From Magallana gigas (lineage: Eukaryota), in assembly GCF_963853765.1 (NCBI RefSeq), contig NC_088860.1:3596001-3660000 (forward strand): 64,000 nt of DNA, in the 5' to 3' direction. The position numbers and the translations under genes are program-made. Positions 58,918-64,000 of this stretch are shown piece by piece. Under the pieces are notes generated by a model that did no database searches, had not been told where the DNA came from, and worked only from the letters and a program-made list of their open reading frames with translations. Numbering within the stretch: position 1 is the first letter of the stretch; every line of letters starts with the position of its first letter.

Positions 58918-61900
58918 GATAAAAATCGGTAAATATCTGTACCGTTTATTGATATAACGGCTATATCACAAAAAAAAATTTCAAATTTCATTCAGCAGTA
59001 GATAAGAATTACATGTAATCTATATTTAATAGTTTTTATATATCTGAATTCCATGCATATAGTGTGATTTTGTAAACAACCGTAGACGTAAATGACATGA
59101 ACATTTTAGCTAGAACAAAGCATACTACATCACTGGCATAGGAGAACGAAGTTTAAGTCATAATATACATACAAAAACATTTCCGATTCTTATTAGACGT
59201 TTTCTATTCTCAAATACTAAATTAAATGGTCGATATCGAGTTTTGAAAACCACTCAAGCAGACAGACATATTGGTTATGTACAAGTAAGTAGATATTCTA
59301 TGAGTTCGGACGTTGTAGTTGCATGTGAGGGGGCGGACACCGAGGTCATTATACTGGACCAGAGCCAGTCCTGGGGGGATGGACTCAGAGAGTGTCACGA
59401 CAGAAACGGTTCACTGCTCAGCCAGGAGGAAGCCGAGTCCGTGGACTGGAACACGATGTTTAACGGCAACCAATCAGAACAGGGGGTGTGGACCGGGATG
59501 CATCAGTACCAGTCTGACTGGTTGGGCGCCATTGGTATTTAAGGATACATCTCAGTAGAACTTGTTTAACTCCAAAGACATGTATAGTATATAAATAAAT
59601 GTAATAAAAATGTGTATACTAAAAGTTATACAGAATTGAAGTCAAAAGCTACCAAATAAGTAAGAAAAACAATTGGATTTGGTCACCTTACGCTTCAAGT
59701 TTAAATAAAGTCTATTAGCTGATTAATTGTGTGTTTCAAACTTATACTGAAGCATTGTGGTAAAACCAAAAGCGAGACAAAGAAGCGGAAAACGCCTCCT
59801 CATAATTGCTGAAATTCTTTGAATTTGCTTTATGTACACTAAAGAGCGATATCGATACTTCTAATTAACGAATGACAGTCTCTATAGTGTCTCATTAGAG
59901 GTATATAGTTGTATATCTTCGTTCTTGTGCTGTACTATTTTACACAGAAGTTACGGTTACTTGGTATATATTTTTTATAAGGATGGGTTTTCGATAGCAG
60001 TATAAGGAATGTCGCTGGAGTTACTTTTGAGATGGATATTTCGTCTCCAGGCGCTTGCCAAGAGTTATGTCGAACGTCATTGTATGCAATAACAGTACGT
60101 GGTTAACTAAATTTTACCTACACATTCAACAAGCGAGTCTATTTTTAAAAAATATTCATCGAGTTATTAACCACATTGTTCTTCTTCTTTTTTCTTCTTT
60201 TTTTTTTCTCAGAATGGTTCGACTTGTCTCTGTATACCTAACAGCGACGGTTATCCAGGCTTCACTATATACACGACTAGAGCATCAAGTTGGAAGCGGT
60301 GTGATGATTCAGAGACACCAAATATATGCGGGGGAAAACAAAATGACCTTGACATTGCAAGTCTGTACGGGGATGTAAACTACCTATTACAAGGTTAGGA
60401 ACACACTACTGTGCCATAATTTTAATTATATTGCGAACATTCACGACGATTGATATAAATAACAGTAAGGCAAATAAATTGGTTTTTTATGGAATCCGTA
60501 GCTATGGTAACCAAAGGTGCATAACCTTTATTTAAAGAAGATGGGGGAACAAGATAGTGCAAATGCCCATTTGGTTTAGTCGTAAAATACAATTTCACTT
60601 TTTTTCAACTAAATATACTTGATAATGTTATAATAAAAGTTTACAAAAGCACAATATCTAACTATATTCAGTTTTGAATATTTTAACAAGCGATAAGAAA
60701 AAAAAAAATAAATTCTTAAGTTTAAGTGGTATCGAACCCACAACCTAAAAAACCTGGCTCTATAAAGTTACCGAATGTCTGATCCCCTAACCACTGAGCC
60801 ATTTTAGTCAAAACAAAAATCCAATGTTAAAGGGGCATTGTAACGATTTTAGTCAAATTCTATTTTTAAGTTTTTATTATTCATAATGCTTTAGAAATGC
60901 ATTTCTAATGATCAAATAAAATTTGAAAGTCATTCGTAGAGTTATAAGCAAGATACAGGGGCTCAACGTTCAAAATGTAAACAAACGCTTTGTTTACATA
61001 GCGAAGAATTTCAAGCTCTGTAACTCGCTTATAACTCAACAAATGATACTCAAATTTCGGTTGCCTATTAAAAATGCCTTTCTGAAGCATTGTAAATATT
61101 GAAATTGGAAAAATAATTTTTGACCAAAATCGTGACCATGCTCCTTTAAATGCTATATGTGACTTCAACCACAAAATTACGGACTTGTATTATTTTTCTA
61201 AAACGTTCAATTGTTGCAATACAAAATGACATATTTAAAGTATAGTGGGTCATCTCTCCACGTTTATGTTGAATGAAATCGGTTTGATTTCCTTTAAACC
61301 TTATATATAGACTATGACAAAAATATGGAGCTCAGACCCACACAATAAAAAAAAATGCAAAAAATGACAGTATTTGGAGGTTTTGACAAGCATACGCCGG
61401 ATAAAATCAACCTATTCCAAATATTTCAGATATTTAAAAGTTATAAATCGGTATGGTAAATATACATTGTTTTCAATAACTTAGAAAAAAATTATGAGAT
61501 TTGTTGATATTTTAATTTTATAGTATCTTATCTAGTATCCTCATTTAGGCAGTTTACACGCCTTATTCACCCATCATCTTCTTTATAAAGGTATATGTAA
61601 GCTATCAAAGGTAAAATTAAAAATTGGATTTATTGTCTATAGATGTGTAAATTTTTAAAATCTATTATTAAAGAAATAAAATTCAAAGGATGTTGCCTTG
61701 GAAACTGCTTAATTACACCAAATTATGAATCAGATTGCTGCGTTTTTAAACATATAATTTGGTTAATTTGGAGAGTTTTATAACGTTATCATTAAATCAA
61801 CAACTTATGATAAAAACACACATTTCTGTGCTTATGAAAAAAAAAATAAAAATAATTGAAAAAAAAAAATATGGTGATTTTGAAGGATTGACATTCTTGT

Positions 61901-62135
61901 TTTGAACACATTCTTTTATTTCTTGAATATTTAAATCTGCTTAGATTTTTCTTCTGCAACAACATGGAGGTCTGAAGCAAAATAATAACTACCCACCTTA
62001 TTTTTTAAGGTGTGACCGTCAGCGAAACAAACGGGCACTGTGCCACGGCAAGGTGCAGTTCTACGTCAGGTTTTCCGACGGTCCAGGGCTTTGACTGTCA
62101 GACAAACCTCCCATATAATTGTGAACAATCATCTA
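58808..62135 (+). CDS. Secreted/membrane C-type-lectin-like plus WSC-like domain protein (5' part; continues beyond the identified exons or the window)
   Basis: Phase-consistent exons 58808-58862 (signal peptide MEKEVIVLLSLVARLCSW), 59319-59534 (SWGDGLRECHDRNGSL...VWTG, CTL-like), 59982-60094 (GACQELC), 60213-60393 (TCLC...C...ICGG, WSC-like), 62010-62135 (C..A.C...DC...LPYNCE). Confidence 0.7.
58868..58915. repeat. (CT)n microsatellite directly after the exon-1 donor
   Basis: Direct reading. Confidence 0.95.
60831..61145. mobile_element. MITE family A copy 3 (internally deleted, 315 bp)
   Basis: TTAA|AGGGGCATTGTAACGATTTT ... AAAATCGTGACCATGCTCCT|TTAA. Confidence 0.85.
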
Positions 62136-62689
62136 GTAAGTTTCCTTCATTTGTAGGAATTCAATCTTACTTCAACATGTCTTAATTAGTACTACTGGAT
62201 ATTCCAGTTATAACTTATTAAGAGGAGATCACTGCATGTGGTGAGTTTTTTTTTAATTGAAGTACTCACTGTGTCCGGACCCCCCTCCCCTGCAAAATTC
62301 AAATTTCATTAAATTACATTATTATAAAAATATCAAAAATATGCCATATGCCTCGGACCCCTCCCCCTCCGGCAAATATAAATAACCGTTGTATCCCCCC
62401 CCCCCCGTCTCTCTCTCTCTCTGGAAAAAAAAATTCTTGATCTGCGCATGCTGGCTGTTCCTAATGTGATACGTTCAAATTGACATAAAAATTATTTACT
62501 TGTACTTGTCTTTACTCTCTTTTTAATGAATAATTGATTAAATGATTAAAAGATAGATGTACAGTAAATATAGCAAACACGCTTATAATGAAATGACGCT
62601 TACAGCGAAGTGAATTTCATTCCCCAAGACTCTATTATATGGAACGCCATAGCTGCCTTAAGATCAATTTCATATTATATGAACTGGTA

Positions 62690-63310
62690 TCTTATTTATA
62701 TGCAATAGTAATATCATTATATGCAGTGGTAACGTCATTATATGCAGTGGTAACATCATTACATGCAGTGGTAACATCATTATATGCAGTGCTAACATCA
62801 TTATATACTATTATATCACCATTATATTCAGGGGTAAAATCTTTATATGAAGTGGTAACATTATTACGTTATGTCGTAAGATCATTATGTGCAGTAGTTT
62901 ATTCATTATATGCTATGAATAAATCTTTATATGATATGATAAACTCATTTCATACAGAGCTAAACTCATAATGAACTCTTGTTCAATCGTTATGTTATAT
63001 GGTACACTCTTCATGTGCAGTTGCAAAATCCTTTTATGCAGTGCAACTTCTTGACATTAGGTGATAAGTTCATATATGCAGTACTAACATCATGTTATGG
63101 TGTATTAAAACCATTATGTATGGTGGTAAAACCTTTATGTATTGTGGTGAAAGCTTTACATGCAATTGTAAATCCTTTATATGATGTGACAATTTTATAA
63201 TATGCCGTTGTTGAGTCATTATATTATGAGGTCAGTTCTTTACATGATGTGATCATTTCATTATATGGAGTGGTAACTTCTTTTTATGCAGTCGTAACTC
63301 TTTATGATGA
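62690..63310 (+). repeat. Degenerate 21-bp tandem repeat (TATATGCAGTGGTAACATCAT)
   Basis: Clear units at 62715-62800, decaying towards 63310. Gives the LYAVVTS-repeat ORF. Confidence 0.85.
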
Positions 63311-63429
63311 GGTTGTAAACTGGTTCTCGCTGAAAAGTTTTAATGGGGAAGAGGTCCAGTTTTATTTTTAAAAAGATGCCGCGCTCGTTGTGGCGATGCA
63401 CATTTCCTGGTCAACTTGTCGTTTGTTTT

Positions 63430-63431
<2 letters not shown>

Positions 63432-63497
<66 letters not shown>
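63432..63497. repeat. (GA)n microsatellite
   Basis: Direct reading. Confidence 0.95.
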
Positions 63498-63498
<1 letters not shown>

Positions 63499-64000
63499 GT
63501 GTGGGAGGAGGTGGGTCCGGGGCTAATTTTTGGTAATTTCATGGAAATTTTAAGAAATTTTAATTTTTCTGGGGCGGGGTCCTCCCCACGACCCACCCCC
63601 GTTCAAGACCCCCATGCATTAAACAAATTGTAAAATTGTTTCACTGAAAAATGTGTTTCATGGCATATCCGATTTTTGTTTCAAAGAGGCATATTTTTAA
63701 AGATTAAACTTCGAAAAAAAAAATCCGAAGTTAAAAAACGGTGTTTTAAATCTTAGCAAACTTTATCGTGTCTAGTATAGCCGAGTGGTTATGCAGGATG
63801 TCCGAATAATCACCGAGACTAACTGCTTGGTATTTTTTAAATTAATTTTGAAAAGGTAATACCCCTATTCCGATGGTTTTGAAAATAAATGATGTCGGGA
63901 TAAATAAGTTTCAAAACGCTTGTCATTGTAATATTTTACATGTGTGCTGATTTTTTCAACGTTACCGACTTTGTTCACATTATAAACATTTGTAGCTGCA

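Noticed and set aside
62639-63310. LYAVVTS-repeat ORFs and a possible link to the 21-bp array at 21.5 kb
   Set aside because: A decaying tandem repeat in an intron. Similarity to the other 21-bp unit is only partial and could not be established by eye.
63772-63830. tRNA-like sequence (GTATAGCCGAGTGGTTATG...)
   Set aside because: Only an A-box/D-arm-like segment, with no T-arm/B-box or acceptor stem. It lies within repeat-like DNA, as do similar tRNA-like bits at ~9065 and ~60730.

Overview
AT-rich, intron-containing animal DNA. The repeat families, the Mab-21/cGLR gene type and the two-exon nAChR-like genes point to a bivalve mollusc, probably an oyster (inference). From left to right the window holds: (1) a 1-kb foldback DNA element with an 8-bp TSD; (2) a multiply disrupted Mab-21/cGAS-like receptor pseudogene between two ~105-bp direct repeats; (3) a nested TE island (TTAA-flanked MITEs, a BEL/Pao fragment, a Tx1/L1 LINE fragment); (4) two intact tandem, two-exon, non-alpha Cys-loop (nAChR-like) channel genes on the minus strand; (5) a ~20-kb endosomal Na+/H+ exchanger gene (SLC9A6/7/9-like, minus strand) with two U12-type minor introns, one of them AT-AC, and tandem amplifications of exon ends plus their splice donors; (6) the most unusual object, a 9,174-bp DNA transposon at 46798-55971. 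It has an 8-bp TSD and mirror-image CpG-rich subterminal minisatellite arrays. It carries a spliced KDZ (Kyakuja-like, CxC5/CxC6) transposase gene head-to-head with a spliced DUF3987-like P-loop ATPase/helicase gene, with start codons only 178 bp apart; (7) the 5' part of a secreted C-type-lectin/WSC-like gene. Exon boundaries were read by hand from splice signals and reading-frame phase, and domain calls come from motif recognition. No database searches were run.
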